From an uncultured Bacteroidales bacterium (GTDB taxonomy: Bacteria > Bacteroidota > Bacteroidia > Bacteroidales > GCA-2748055), in the NCBI GenBank assembly GCA_963764345.1, contig CAVXSF010000009.1, forward strand, positions 451,116 to 515,115: DNA of 64,000 nt, written 5' to 3'. The notes beneath the pieces are model-generated. The model ran no database searches. It worked only from the letters and a program-made list of their open reading frames with translations, and was not told where the DNA came from. Every line of letters starts with the position of its first letter. Position 1 is the stretch's first letter. Below, in pieces: positions 10,816-21,170 of the stretch. The translations under genes were made by a program, and so were the position numbers.

Positions 10816-10911
10816 TGGTATTTTAGACAGGGAATTACCTGCCGTTAAAATTATACAAAGGAAACAGTTTCAACTGACTTTAAGAAAGTTTTCAACAGTT
10901 ATTTGCAAATT

Positions 10912-12168
10912 ATGCTGAAAGTACTAAAACTGGTTATCGAGAGTTTCATATTTTCGCTGAAGTCGGTGTTTGTCAATAAGCTAAGGACATCACTTTCACT
11001 GCTTGGGATTACGATCGGAATTTTCGCCATTATTTCGGTATTCACCATCTTTGATTCTCTGAAGAAGAATATCAAGGAAAGCTTTTCTTCCATGGGCAGC
11101 AATGTGATCTATATTGGTAAATGGCCCTGGACCAGTGAAAACGGTCAGGATTACCCGTGGTGGAAGTATCTGAACCGGCCCTTACCCACCATAAAGGAAT
11201 ACCAGCAACTTAAAGACAGGCTTAAGAATGCAGGAGCCATTTGTTTTATTGTCAGTCCAAAGGCGTCTATCCAGTACCGTAACAACCAGGTAGACGATGC
11301 CACCATTGATGGTGTGACCGAAGGCTTTGAAAAAATCAAGAATTTTGACATCGAACGTGGTCGATACTTATCCCCCTTTGAGTTGAAGTCGGGACGTAAT
11401 TTTGCAGTTATCGGAAATACTATCGCTCTTAAGCTTTTTCCCAATACTGATCCTCTCGGGAAAACCATTGTGGTGAAGAAAAGCAAACTCAAGGTGATCG
11501 GTATTCTGAAAAAGGAAGGGAAAAGTGCCTTTGAGAATTCCCTGGATGATGGGATCATTGTGCCGATAAACTATTTCAGAAACCTTGTCAATATCAGGAC
11601 CGAATCCATGCAACCTACCATCCAGGTCCAGGCATTGCCCGGATTGCCGCTTGAAGATCTGAGATATGAGATCAGAATGGCAATGAGATCCATACGCCGG
11701 ATTAAGCCGGCAGAGGAAGATAATTTTGCTTTGAACCAGATGAGCATGATCAATAATCAACTCGACAAGATCTTTAGCACCCTGGATATTGCCGGCTGGT
11801 TCATCGGACTTTTCTCACTGCTGGTCGGAGGTTTCGGAATCGCAAACATCATGTTCGTTTCCGTCAGGGAAAGGACCAATATCATAGGCATTGAAAAAGC
11901 CCTTGGTGCAAAACGGTATTTTGTCCTGATGCAATTCGTATTCGAAGCTGTACTCCTGGCCATTGCGGGAGGTGTGGTCGGACTGCTTCTCATTTTCACG
12001 GGTACGGCCATTATCAACCTGACCACCAGCTTCAGCATAACGCTTACCCTGGGAAATATCATCCTGGGACTGGGAATATCGTCCTTTATCGGGCTGATAT
12101 CAGGTCTGGCTCCGGCGTATTCGGCTGCCCGCCTCGATCCTGTGACTGCAATAAACTCGAGCTTCTAG
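10912..12168 (+). CDS. ABC transporter permease, FtsX/MacB type
   Basis: N-terminal TM helix, a large periplasmic MacB-like domain and a C-terminal FtsX 3-TM bundle (GIANIMFVSVRERTNIIGIEKALGA). The first ATG is at 10912; the listed start at 10903 is a TTG. Confidence 0.85.
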   Translation: MLKVLKLVIESFIFSLKSVFVNKLRTSLSLLGITIGIFAIISVFTIFDSLKKNIKESFSSMGSNVIYIGKWPWTSENGQDYPWWKYLNRPLPTIKEYQQLKDRLKNAGAICFIVSPKASIQYRNNQVDDATIDGVTEGFEKIKNFDIERGRYLSPFELKSGRNFAVIGNTIALKLFPNTDPLGKTIVVKKSKLKVIGILKKEGKSAFENSLDDGIIVPINYFRNLVNIRTESMQPTIQVQALPGLPLEDLRYEIRMAMRSIRRIKPAEEDNFALNQMSMINNQLDKIFSTLDIAGWFIGLFSLLVGGFGIANIMFVSVRERTNIIGIEKALGAKRYFVLMQFVFEAVLLAIAGGVVGLLLIFTGTAIINLTTSFSITLTLGNIILGLGISSFIGLISGLAPAYSAARLDPVTAINSSF

Positions 12169-13524
12169 AACATCCCGTACATGATCCTTCCCATCACGAA
12201 ATAAATCAGCCAGACCCACAATATCATTCATAGTGGTGATAAAAGGTCCGGTCGCCAGGGCAGGATCGAGTTTTAACTTGTTGAGGGCAAGGGGGATGAA
12301 AGTTCCGAACAGGGATGAAAAAATAATGACCACAAAAAGGGAAAGACCTACTGTAAATGTCAGTGCCAGAGAATCGGCAGTCAGAAAATTATATATAAAG
12401 ATCAGTCCGGCCAGTACGGTACCGTTCATGAGTGCCACGAGAAACTCCTTGGCGAGTTTGCGCATCGTCCGGTCTATGCCCGGTGAATTGGCGGCAATGC
12501 TCTGAACGATGATGGCTGACGATTGTATCCCGATATTCCCGGCCATGGCTCCGATGAGAGGGATAAAAAAAGCCACCTGCGGGTTAATCTTGATATCTCC
12601 CTCAAACCGGCTGATCACCAGGGCCACCAGGATACCCCCCAGCAGGCCGATCAGCAGCCAGGGCAGTCGTGCCCGGGTCATCATCCAGGTGGAATCACCG
12701 GGTTCAACATCGGCGGAAAGGCCGGAAGCCATCTGGTAATCCCGCTCTGCCTCTTCCTGGATCACATCCACAACATCGTCTATGGTAATACGACCCAGCA
12801 ACCGGCCGATGGAGTCAACAACAGGAAGTACGACCAGGTTATATTTGCTCATCACGGAAACCACCTCTTCAGTAGGAGCGTCGGTTCGAACAGAGATGAC
12901 ATCGGGCTTGAACAGGAACCTGATCTTCTGGTGCGGTTCGGAAAGGAGAAGCTTCTTAAGTGACAGAGTACCCCTGAGGATCCCGTCATCATCGACTACA
13001 TAAACAAAATAGACCTCATCCACTTCGCCGGCCTGTTTCCGGATTTCCTTCAGCGCAGTGCTGATGTTCCAGTTTTCATTCACCCGGATCATCTCTTTGG
13101 CCATCAATCCCCCGGCAGAATCTTCATCATAACTGAGAAGATCCACGATGTCGCCTGCCTGCCCAACATCCTTAAGATACTGAAGAACTTCCTCCTTCTT
13201 TTCCTCGGGCAGATCTGCAATCACATCCGCCGCATCATCCGAATCCATGTTATGAATAAATTGCTCGGCAATGACTTCCGAGGGTAATGCGCGGAGGAAT
13301 TTCTCCCGGTCATCCTCTTCGAGTTCGGCCAGGACATCGGAAGCCTTCTCTCCTTCCAGCAGCAGATAAAGAAACCTTGCCTCCTCTATGGAAAGACTGA
13401 TGTAAATTTCAGCGATGTCGGCTGCATGAAGCTCACGCATCATGGTAATGGCCGTGGCCTCATCCCGGGCTTCGATGATTTCCCTGAGCCGTTCGATGTA
13501 TTCCCTGGTCAGTTCAAAATTCAT
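12100..13524 (-). CDS. mgtE: magnesium transporter MgtE (3' end probably frameshifted; true stop likely at 12165)
   Basis: MgtE N-domain, tandem CBS domains and a TM domain ending GPFITTMNDIVGL. The last ~35 codons of the ORF are non-MgtE-like and overlap the convergent permease gene. The adjacent frame gives the canonical hydrophobic tail LIYFVMGRIMYGMF*. Confidence 0.88.
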   Translation of the reverse strand: MNFELTREYIERLREIIEARDEATAITMMRELHAADIAEIYISLSIEEARFLYLLLEGEKASDVLAELEEDDREKFLRALPSEVIAEQFIHNMDSDDAADVIADLPEEKKEEVLQYLKDVGQAGDIVDLLSYDEDSAGGLMAKEMIRVNENWNISTALKEIRKQAGEVDEVYFVYVVDDDGILRGTLSLKKLLLSEPHQKIRFLFKPDVISVRTDAPTEEVVSVMSKYNLVVLPVVDSIGRLLGRITIDDVVDVIQEEAERDYQMASGLSADVEPGDSTWMMTRARLPWLLIGLLGGILVALVISRFEGDIKINPQVAFFIPLIGAMAGNIGIQSSAIIVQSIAANSPGIDRTMRKLAKEFLVALMNGTVLAGLIFIYNFLTADSLALTFTVGLSLFVVIIFSSLFGTFIPLALNKLKLDPALATGPFITTMNDIVGLADLFRDGKDHVRDVLEARVYCSHRIEAGSRIRRSQT

Positions 13525-13539
13525 TTTGATGATGTTTAG

Positions 13540-14307
13540 TTATAGTTCCCGGGCTTCAATCCTGGCCGTTAATTCAATAAAATTTTCCACACTCAATTCT
13601 TCCGGCCTTTTTTTCAGGATAGGATCCTCCCGGTCCAAATTTAATAAAAGTGACGCTAAGGAGTTACGCATCATCTTTCTTCTTTGATTAAATGCCATTT
13701 TAATCACCTGCCTGAACAAGACCTCACTACATTCAAGCTTAGAGCGGGCATTCCTTTCAAGCCGGATCACCGAAGATTTCACTTTCGGTGGAGGGAAAAA
13801 GGAACCCGGATTCACCGTAAACAGGTATGTAACATCGTACCAGACTTGAAGAAAAACCGATAAGATACCGTAACGCTTTGATCCCGGACCTGAAACAAGC
13901 CTTTCAGCCACTTCCTTCTGGATCATACATACCACCTCAGGCACAAGTTCCCTGTTTTCGAGTATTTTAAAAAAAATCTGGCTTGAAATATTGTAAGGGA
14001 AATTCCCGATAACCGCAAATTTCTTCCCGAAACGGTTCAGATCGATCTTAAGAAAATCACCGGTTATCAGATGGTTGCCCAGGCCGGGGTAATGTTGATG
14101 CAGATATTCCACGGCTTCGGTATCGATCTCAACCTGGTAAAAGTCAAGATCTTCCTGCTCCGCCAGAAATTGAGTCAGAACACCTTTCCCCGGTCCTACT
14201 TCCAGAACCGTCTCAACCTGCCTGAGTTGCAGACTCCCCGTAATACGTCGGGCAATCCCGGGGTCCGTCAGAAAATGCTGCCCCAGATTTTTCTTTGGTC
14301 TGACCAT
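13540..14307 (-). CDS. rsmA: 16S rRNA (adenine1518/1519-N6)-dimethyltransferase
   Basis: 255 aa. LGQHFL, the SAM-binding VLEVGPGKG and IGNFPYNISS are KsgA/RsmA motifs. The gene sits directly upstream of mgtE. Confidence 0.9.
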   Translation of the reverse strand: MVRPKKNLGQHFLTDPGIARRITGSLQLRQVETVLEVGPGKGVLTQFLAEQEDLDFYQVEIDTEAVEYLHQHYPGLGNHLITGDFLKIDLNRFGKKFAVIGNFPYNISSQIFFKILENRELVPEVVCMIQKEVAERLVSGPGSKRYGILSVFLQVWYDVTYLFTVNPGSFFPPPKVKSSVIRLERNARSKLECSEVLFRQVIKMAFNQRRKMMRNSLASLLLNLDREDPILKKRPEELSVENFIELTARIEAREL

Positions 14308-14435
14308 TCCTGTTTGGTAAATAATCCCTCAGCATAACGACAATGCCATGCGGCACAAAAATGCGCCTTTATTAAAGCTTCTGCCGAATACATGATGGAT
14401 AATCTATTCAATTAAATAATTTTGTGTGAATTTAC

Positions 14436-14443
14436 TATTTTTG
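14436..14443 (+). promoter_or_regulatory. candidate -7 promoter box (TAnnTTTG) for the thioesterase-patB pair
   Basis: TATTTTTG lies 41 nt upstream of the ATG at 14484. A second match, TAATTTTG, lies at 14417..14424. These are motif matches only. Confidence 0.3.
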
Positions 14444-14483
14444 AGCTGAGCAACAGCCTATCGCGTCAAACTTTTCTGAAAAC

Positions 14484-14954
14484 ATGAAAAAAATTAAAAA
14501 TCCCTTTTTAAGCCTCGAAGGATATCAGTGTTTTGGATGTTCGCCGGGCAACCTTTCCGGCCTTAGGATGAAATTCTATGAAGAGGGTGACAGCGTTGTC
14601 TCTGAATGGACGCCCAGGCCGGAATTTCAGGGATATAACAATGTCCTTCACGGAGGGATACAGGCTACACTTATGGATGAAATCGCCAGCTGGACGATCT
14701 ATGTAAAGGCCGGCACCGGCGGTGTGACCCGCAGGATGGAAGCAAAATACAGGCACCCGGTTCTTACCAACAAAGGTAATATCACGCTCAGAGCCAGGAT
14801 TAAATCCAACGTCCGCCGGCTTGTCACTGTTGAAGTTCAATTGCTGGATAACAACGGGAAACTTTGTTCCGAAGGTGAAGTGGACTACTTCATTTTCCCA
14901 GAAAAAGACGCAAAGGAAAGACTGTATTATCCTGGCAAGGAGACATTTATATAA
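14484..14954 (+). CDS. PaaI-family hotdog-fold thioesterase
   Basis: 156 aa. An N-terminal CxxC (CFGCSP) and the core NVLHGGIQATLMDE are typical of PaaI/YbgC-like thioesterases. Confidence 0.7.
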   Translation: MKKIKNPFLSLEGYQCFGCSPGNLSGLRMKFYEEGDSVVSEWTPRPEFQGYNNVLHGGIQATLMDEIASWTIYVKAGTGGVTRRMEAKYRHPVLTNKGNITLRARIKSNVRRLVTVEVQLLDNNGKLCSEGEVDYFIFPEKDAKERLYYPGKETFI

Positions 14955-14971
14955 AACAGGAAAGGTGAAGA

Positions 14972-16141
14972 ATGAATTACAATTTTGATGAGATCATTGA
15001 CAGGGAAAATACCTCTTCGGTAAAATTCGATCTGAGGAACGATGTATTCGGCACCCCTGATGTCTTCCCGATGTGGGTAGCCGACATGGATTTTGCCACC
15101 CCCCCGTTTATCAGGGAAGCAATCATTAGACGGGCCATGCACCCGGTATATGGTTATACGTTCAGGTCATCTGTCTTTCACGAAAGTATCCTTTCATGGA
15201 TGTCGCGACGACACCAATGGGAGGTGGATAAAAGCTGGATCTCATTCAGCCCGGGAATCGTCCCGGCCCTAAACATGGCTGTTCTAGCGTTTACCGAACC
15301 AGGCGACCGGATTATACTTCAGCCACCGGTGTACTTTCCCTTCTTCACAGCTGTAAAAAATCACGGCAGGGAAGTGGCCTATAACGAGCTGATCTACAGG
15401 GATGGCAATTATTACATGGATTTTGAAGATCTTGAAAAGAAAGCTGCAACCGCGAAAATGCTTATTCTCTGTCATCCCCATAATCCGGTTGGCCGCTTAT
15501 GGAAAAAAGAAGAACTGGAATCGCTCCTGGATATCTGCCTGCGCCATCATGTCCTGATCCTCTCCGACGAGATCCATTCAGATCTGATCCTCTCAGAAGA
15601 ACGGCACTCTCCCTTGCTAAGCCTTAATAACGCAGATGAAATAACAACATCCTGTTATTCACCAAGCAAGACATTCAATCTTGCCGGTCTCTCCACATCC
15701 TTCTTAATTATTCCTAATCCTGAACTCCGGCAGAAATATGAAAAAACACTGGATAATCTCCACATCGGAATGGGTAATCTGTTTGGCAATGAAGCCCTCA
15801 TTGCCGCATACACCGAAGGAGAAGAATGGCTGGATCAACTCTTGATCTACCTCCGGGAAAACATCAGGTTTCTGGAAAATTTCCTGAACCGGCATATTCC
15901 GCTTGTCCATCTGACAAAAACCGAGGCGACGTACCTCACATGGCTCGATTTTAAAAGCCTTGGGATGAGCGACCGTAACCTTAAGAATTTTATTATTAAG
16001 AAAGCAGGACTCGGTTTGAACGACGGACCCCAATTTGGACCCGGAGGAAGTGGATTTCAAAGGATGAATGTTGCTCTTCCCCGCCCCAAACTTGCCGGAG
16101 CCCTGGACATTCTTGAAGCGGCCGTCAGAAGAATTCAATAG
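14972..16141 (+). CDS. patB: PLP-dependent C-S lyase / aminotransferase, MalY/PatB family
   Basis: 389 aa. Motifs are FDEIIDRENTSSVKFD, MWVADMDF, CHPHNPVG and SPSKTFNLAG (PLP lysine). Confidence 0.8.
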   Translation: MNYNFDEIIDRENTSSVKFDLRNDVFGTPDVFPMWVADMDFATPPFIREAIIRRAMHPVYGYTFRSSVFHESILSWMSRRHQWEVDKSWISFSPGIVPALNMAVLAFTEPGDRIILQPPVYFPFFTAVKNHGREVAYNELIYRDGNYYMDFEDLEKKAATAKMLILCHPHNPVGRLWKKEELESLLDICLRHHVLILSDEIHSDLILSEERHSPLLSLNNADEITTSCYSPSKTFNLAGLSTSFLIIPNPELRQKYEKTLDNLHIGMGNLFGNEALIAAYTEGEEWLDQLLIYLRENIRFLENFLNRHIPLVHLTKTEATYLTWLDFKSLGMSDRNLKNFIIKKAGLGLNDGPQFGPGGSGFQRMNVALPRPKLAGALDILEAAVRRIQ

Positions 16142-16671
16142 ATTATTATGTATGTTTAGCCAGAGAAAAAGTGAAGCCGTTTCAAACTCCTGAGCCATGT
16201 TGACCATTTGGGAAATGCACTGATAAATCTCCAGGAAACCCCCAGAACACTTTCATCGAACTCGTGGCCGACTGCGTCTGTGATCGCAGAAAATCCTTCC
16301 TTTATCACCCTGATGATCACCCCAAAACCCTCATTGCAGTAACCGTGGAAAATCATTCTTCCATAACGGGAAAAATTTCCACAACTTCATTCGCTTACAG
16401 ATGAGATGCCCGACCGCCAGGACCTGCCACCGGAAATTTATGCCAGTCAGCTTTTACCTTGCATTGAAATGAATATCTGCTACTTACGAATCCTGATTGC
16501 CACTATGTCCTCAGTACACCGAAACTTAAAAAATGCCATTTTGTCTTATTTATTTTGTACAACATGTCATTTTGTCTGTTTTTTAATATTGGGGTGCCTG
16601 TGGTATACAATTTGAGATCACGGGAAGTGATTAAACACTATGTTAAACCAAAAATAAAGGAGGGCAGAACC

Positions 16672-17103
16672 ATGTTACCTACAACGAATAAAAGATTCAG
16701 GTTACCGGGATTGCTGGACGACTTTTTCGGCAGCGACTGGTTTAATGACAGGGCCAACTGGGATTATTCAAACAGTGTTCCTGCGGTCAACATTGCAGAA
16801 AACAAAGACTCGTATGAGATTGAACTGGCAGCTCCGGGAATAGATAAGAAGGACATAAAAATTGACCTTCACAGCAATGTGTTGACCATATCCTATGACA
16901 GGAAAATTGAGCATGAAGATAAGGATGATCAATATATGCGTAAGGAATTCGAGTATTCGTCCTTCAGCCGATCATTCACTTTGCCTGAAACGGTAAATGC
17001 CGACAAGATCAAAGCTGATCATGCCAACGGCATTCTGAAGGTTCATATTCCCAAAAAACCCGAAGCCGTTCAAAAAGGTCCGCGACAGATATCGATATCG
17101 TAA
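16672..17103 (+). CDS. Hsp20/alpha-crystallin small heat-shock protein
   Basis: Alpha-crystallin domain (PAVNIAENKDSYEIELAAPG...FSRSFTLPE...A...NGILKVHIPK). The ATG at 16672 is preceded by aaggagg. The upstream 39 codons of the listed ORF are not Hsp20-like. Confidence 0.9.
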   Translation: MLPTTNKRFRLPGLLDDFFGSDWFNDRANWDYSNSVPAVNIAENKDSYEIELAAPGIDKKDIKIDLHSNVLTISYDRKIEHEDKDDQYMRKEFEYSSFSRSFTLPETVNADKIKADHANGILKVHIPKKPEAVQKGPRQISIS

Positions 17104-17260
17104 GGGATCTATAAAAAACCAGGGTGGCAGTGACTTGTATCATCAGGTTCCTGCTACCTTTTATCTTCAATGGTAAAAAATGCAAAGGGTAATCTGAAAT
17201 TCTATGTATTCTGTCTCTCGGGTTATCAGGCTTTGTCCGTTTAATTCTGATTTTGGGTTG

Positions 17261-18652
17261 TTATTTCAGATATTTTCCCATGGCAGCGATTAGCTGCGGT
17301 GACCATATGGGTTTAATGAGATAATCGTCGAAATTCAGCGCGGCAGTTTTATCCTTTTCACTTTCGAGACTATAAGCCGTTTGAGCAATAATGGGGAGTT
17401 CCTTTCGCAGCGATTTAACGACCCTGGCAGCTTCATATCCGTCCATCTCCGGCATGAGGATATCCATCAGGACAAGATTGATGGCATGATTTTTTTTCAC
17501 ATGATCGGTTGCTTCCTTCCCGTTTTTCGCCCAGATCAGATTGATTCCCGAAGGCCTCAACAATTCCTGAAGATAAATAAAATTGGATTCCACATCTTCA
17601 GCAATAAGCACTGTTTTATCACTCCAGTCGTGCTCTCCGGGTTTGTTGGTTTTCACTTTGGTTTTTTCTTCATGACCTTTGAATTCGACTTCTTTGAAAG
17701 GTAGGCTAAAATAGAAGGTTGATCCCTTACCGAATTTTGATTCAGCCCATAACTTACCACCCAGAAGAATTGCCAGATTTTTGGTAATCGTCAGAAGAAG
17801 AGCGGCACCATCGAACGGATGATTCTGGTTATCTGACAGTTTTTTATACCGGTTAAAAATGATTTCCAGACGCTCCATGGAATAGCCGGAACCTGTATCT
17901 TTAATATATAGTTCCAGCATATTTTCCTCGCTGATCCGATAGCCAAACTCAACCATGCCTTCTTCAGTATGTTTGAAAGCGTTCTCAAGCAGGTTAGACA
18001 TGATCTGCTTAAACCGTTCTTTGTCGGTAAGGATAGAAAAGTTTATATCTGTATTCGCTTTCTTGAGTACAAGGGCAACTTCAGATTTTCCCATCTCTCT
18101 TTTCTGTTCCTCAAACTGTTTATAAAGGTCTTCCAGGAGAACATTGAGAGCCGTCTGTTCTTTGTTCACTGTCAGCTGACCTGATTCGATCCGGGATATA
18201 TCGACCAGATTGTTGATCAGCTGAAGGAGATAATTACCACTGGAATGAATATGATTGACATAGGTTTGTTTTGACTGGGCCGACAGATTGGGATCTTTCA
18301 ACAGTTCAGAAAAACCTACTATGGCATTCAAGGGGGTTCTGATCTGGTAAGAGAGGTTGGATATTATGTTTATATCAGGTTTAGTCTGCACTCCCTGGGA
18401 AGGCTGATGTTTCAGAAATTCATTCTCCAGTGCAAGATTGCTCATCATCCCCGTCACAATAAATGCAAAGATCATCACGGCCACAAACATGATAAGCCGG
18501 GTATACAGTTCATTTAACGGGACAGCTGTGACAAGCACCTGGAGAAAGGTATTTTCATCGGTAAACAAAAAATAGTAGATAAGAGCATCAGCAATATAAA
18601 AAATAATACCTATGATAAGGGCATATATCAATACCTTATTCTTCTTATTCAT
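17261..18652 (-). CDS. membrane-bound hybrid sensor histidine kinase / response regulator
   Basis: Two N-terminal TM helices, HisKA (SYQIRTPLNAIVGFSELL), an HATPase_c G-box (DTGSG...GKGSTF) and a C-terminal receiver (LIAEDVESN...LMDILMPEMDG). Confidence 0.85.
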   Translation of the reverse strand: MNKKNKVLIYALIIGIIFYIADALIYYFLFTDENTFLQVLVTAVPLNELYTRLIMFVAVMIFAFIVTGMMSNLALENEFLKHQPSQGVQTKPDINIISNLSYQIRTPLNAIVGFSELLKDPNLSAQSKQTYVNHIHSSGNYLLQLINNLVDISRIESGQLTVNKEQTALNVLLEDLYKQFEEQKREMGKSEVALVLKKANTDINFSILTDKERFKQIMSNLLENAFKHTEEGMVEFGYRISEENMLELYIKDTGSGYSMERLEIIFNRYKKLSDNQNHPFDGAALLLTITKNLAILLGGKLWAESKFGKGSTFYFSLPFKEVEFKGHEEKTKVKTNKPGEHDWSDKTVLIAEDVESNFIYLQELLRPSGINLIWAKNGKEATDHVKKNHAINLVLMDILMPEMDGYEAARVVKSLRKELPIIAQTAYSLESEKDKTAALNFDDYLIKPIWSPQLIAAMGKYLK

Positions 18653-18990
18653 AACGGTTTAAATTGATAACTCTACTCAAAGTTAAATGTTTGGGCAAGC
18701 AAATGCAAATTCAAAATGGTGTACGAATAGCATCGACTTTGGTTTCGGGTTGTGTCAATATAATGTATATATCCTGAGTATAAGGTCAGGGGTAAAAAAA
18801 CACACGGATGAATTACAGGTTTTCATTCATATATTCGAATATAAAAACAACTTTTACCGGTAAAAACATCTTCCTTACGGTCTCCTGAAGAACATGATCA
18901 GGTTGAAAATATCCCATATTCTTTAGAGGTTGGTAACTACGTCTTACGCTAACCAGTGAGTGATAATCCTGCCTGATCAGCCTAACAGGA

Positions 18991-19809
18991 TCAATCAAAG
19001 GATAAGGTCAGGTCAAGTTCCAGTCTCCTGAAGCAGTAATGAGTTCTGCCGGCTATACATACAGGTGCAGAGATCACGATGATAAATTTTTTACCGGTTT
19101 CGACGGTCACACCGGGATTCAGAGTCAGCTGATATCCCCTGGGTCCTGCAAAATCGCGGGTTCCCCAGTTAAGTGCAAGTCCCGTGATCAGCTGAAGGGT
19201 TGGCACAGGGTAGTAGCCCGCATCTACATCCAGATAATAATGGGGGATCGTATTCATCGCGTCGCCCAGCTTTATGACCGGTTCGGCCTGAATATCAGCG
19301 TCAATACTTGCTTTTGGACTCAGGTTGAACGTTGCTGAAAGGCCCAGCGGCAGGGAAGAATGTGATTCAATTCCCCGATGGCTCAGGGTTATAATGCCGT
19401 TTCCCGCAGCGTAATTATAACCGGCAATGAAAGAGAGGGCTGTGGCAGTGCCTTCAAAAATCCTCTTTTTAAGTCCGATGGAGAGGAGTTCAAAATCACC
19501 GGAAAGAAAAATGCCAGCTTCAAACCCGTTTGTGATGCCGTAGGTCATCCTGAAATCCAGGCTGGTGAACCTTTCGATACTGTCGGGATCAGAGAACCGT
19601 CTTACCCGTTTACCCTCGCCATTCCTGATCATATCTGACCATCCGGTTGAAAACTCCGGTTCAAACTCAACGGTTTTCCCGGGCACCGACTGAGCATTGT
19701 ATGCCCCTATTTTGGAAGCGGAAATACCGCGGACCTGAGCCCGGAGGGATCCCGGTATCCAGGATAGCGATAGTAAAAGCAGCATAACCTTACCCATCGG
19801 CCAGTTCAT
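18991..19809 (-). CDS. putative outer-membrane beta-barrel protein (function unknown)
   Basis: Signal peptide (LLLSLSWIPGSLRAQ) and an alternating amphipathic pattern through 272 aa. It lies 68 nt downstream of the GH26 gene on the same strand. Confidence 0.5.
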   Translation of the reverse strand: MNWPMGKVMLLLLSLSWIPGSLRAQVRGISASKIGAYNAQSVPGKTVEFEPEFSTGWSDMIRNGEGKRVRRFSDPDSIERFTSLDFRMTYGITNGFEAGIFLSGDFELLSIGLKKRIFEGTATALSFIAGYNYAAGNGIITLSHRGIESHSSLPLGLSATFNLSPKASIDADIQAEPVIKLGDAMNTIPHYYLDVDAGYYPVPTLQLITGLALNWGTRDFAGPRGYQLTLNPGVTVETGKKFIIVISAPVCIAGRTHYCFRRLELDLTLSFD

Positions 19810-19877
19810 TTAATCAATCCTATATGTCAAACAATCCGATAGAAAACCGGTTTGTTTTATCTTTAAAAAAGCAGGCA

Positions 19878-21023
19878 CTAATTTTCGCCGGAGTTCTTCA
19901 CCTTTATGCTATAGGTCCCTTCTTCATCACGAATTATCTCATCCAGGGTGAGAATATTGTCAGCATTGTACAGGGTCCTGAATGTTTCAGGCGAATTTTT
20001 TCTAAGGCTATGGTAGGCCCAGGTCATGAACCATGCCCAGCCGGGTTGTTCTTTCAGGATGTCTTCAGAAGGCAGTTCTCCTACTTCACCCAGTGCAACA
20101 GGCTTCCCTTCGCCCAGCTTTTGCAGATCAGTATAATGCGACAACTTGTAATCATTGCGATACACATCTGCGGCAAGAATGTCAACATATTGGTTCCCCG
20201 GATAAAAAAGACGGTACGGGTAAGCTTCATCACCGGGAATATCTCGCGGTGCATTTGCATCCCACACCCAGATCAGGTTGTTCAGTTTATGATGATGGGT
20301 AAAATAATCGTACATCATAATCCACAACCGTTTGAATCCCTTATCACCCGGATGATCGCACCACCAGAACCAGACACCGTTCATCTCATGATAAGGCCTC
20401 CACAATACCGGGATGCCGGCATCACGAAGCTGTGCGAGATAACCAGCCACCTTGTCGGCCCCCTTCTTCCAGTCTGTATTCAAAGGTGTGCCATCGGTTA
20501 CCAGATCGTTCCATACCGAATCACCAGGGCGGTTTTCCATGGCCCAAATGCTTTCACCCTCGCAACAGTCGCCGTCGGAGGGGAAACAACCGTGCCACAT
20601 CAGTGTAATGATATGCCCTTTTGCGTACATGCGTTTTGCTTCATCTATCATATTCTGCCTTGCAACATCCATGGTAAGTCCGGTAAAATATACACTATCA
20701 GACGGGTCGGACAGATTTAGCGGACCGCAATGCTGAAAGCTTTGGGGATGATCACCCTGGTAACAAAAACTAAAGTCTGAACCCCATACAACAGGGGATC
20801 GCCCGGTCATCTCTTCCATCAAGCGTGTATACTTCGATCCTGTACTTATATAATTATGCTGACCGGCCAGGGTATAATGCCCCGAGATTTCGTACATAAA
20901 ATCCAGTAACCTGGCAGTACGGCTGCTGGCGTCCGGATTTACAGGCTTAGCATGTTTTTTCCCGGTGCACGAACCACTGAAAAGGGTAAGTAATAACCAC
21001 GTAATGATGATTGGATTTTTCAT
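19878..21023 (-). CDS. glycoside hydrolase family 26 (beta-mannanase-like) lipoprotein
   Basis: Lipobox LFSGSC, the GH26 acid/base motif WRPYHEMNGVWFWW and the nucleophile region PVALGEVG. Confidence 0.8.
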   Translation of the reverse strand: MKNPIIITWLLLTLFSGSCTGKKHAKPVNPDASSRTARLLDFMYEISGHYTLAGQHNYISTGSKYTRLMEEMTGRSPVVWGSDFSFCYQGDHPQSFQHCGPLNLSDPSDSVYFTGLTMDVARQNMIDEAKRMYAKGHIITLMWHGCFPSDGDCCEGESIWAMENRPGDSVWNDLVTDGTPLNTDWKKGADKVAGYLAQLRDAGIPVLWRPYHEMNGVWFWWCDHPGDKGFKRLWIMMYDYFTHHHKLNNLIWVWDANAPRDIPGDEAYPYRLFYPGNQYVDILAADVYRNDYKLSHYTDLQKLGEGKPVALGEVGELPSEDILKEQPGWAWFMTWAYHSLRKNSPETFRTLYNADNILTLDEIIRDEEGTYSIKVKNSGEN

Positions 21024-21170
21024 AATTCGGTTTTTCTTTTCAAATATAAGTAATGTTATCGCGTTTTACTTCTGATAACCTGAAACATACACATTTTTTC
21101 ATTTTTTTTTATAATTTTACAACCACCTCAATAGTATGAACGCCCCGTTGTAATAACAACGCTTCCGAAG

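Noticed and set aside
18813-18998. 61-aa ORF downstream of the 272-aa barrel gene
   Set aside because: It has no signal, motif or coupling signals, overlaps the barrel gene's stop, and its composition resembles the surrounding non-coding DNA.
19824-20720. 298-aa ORF on the plus strand
   Set aside because: It is antisense to the GH26 gene, whose catalytic motifs are clear. The plus-strand translation has no recognisable features.
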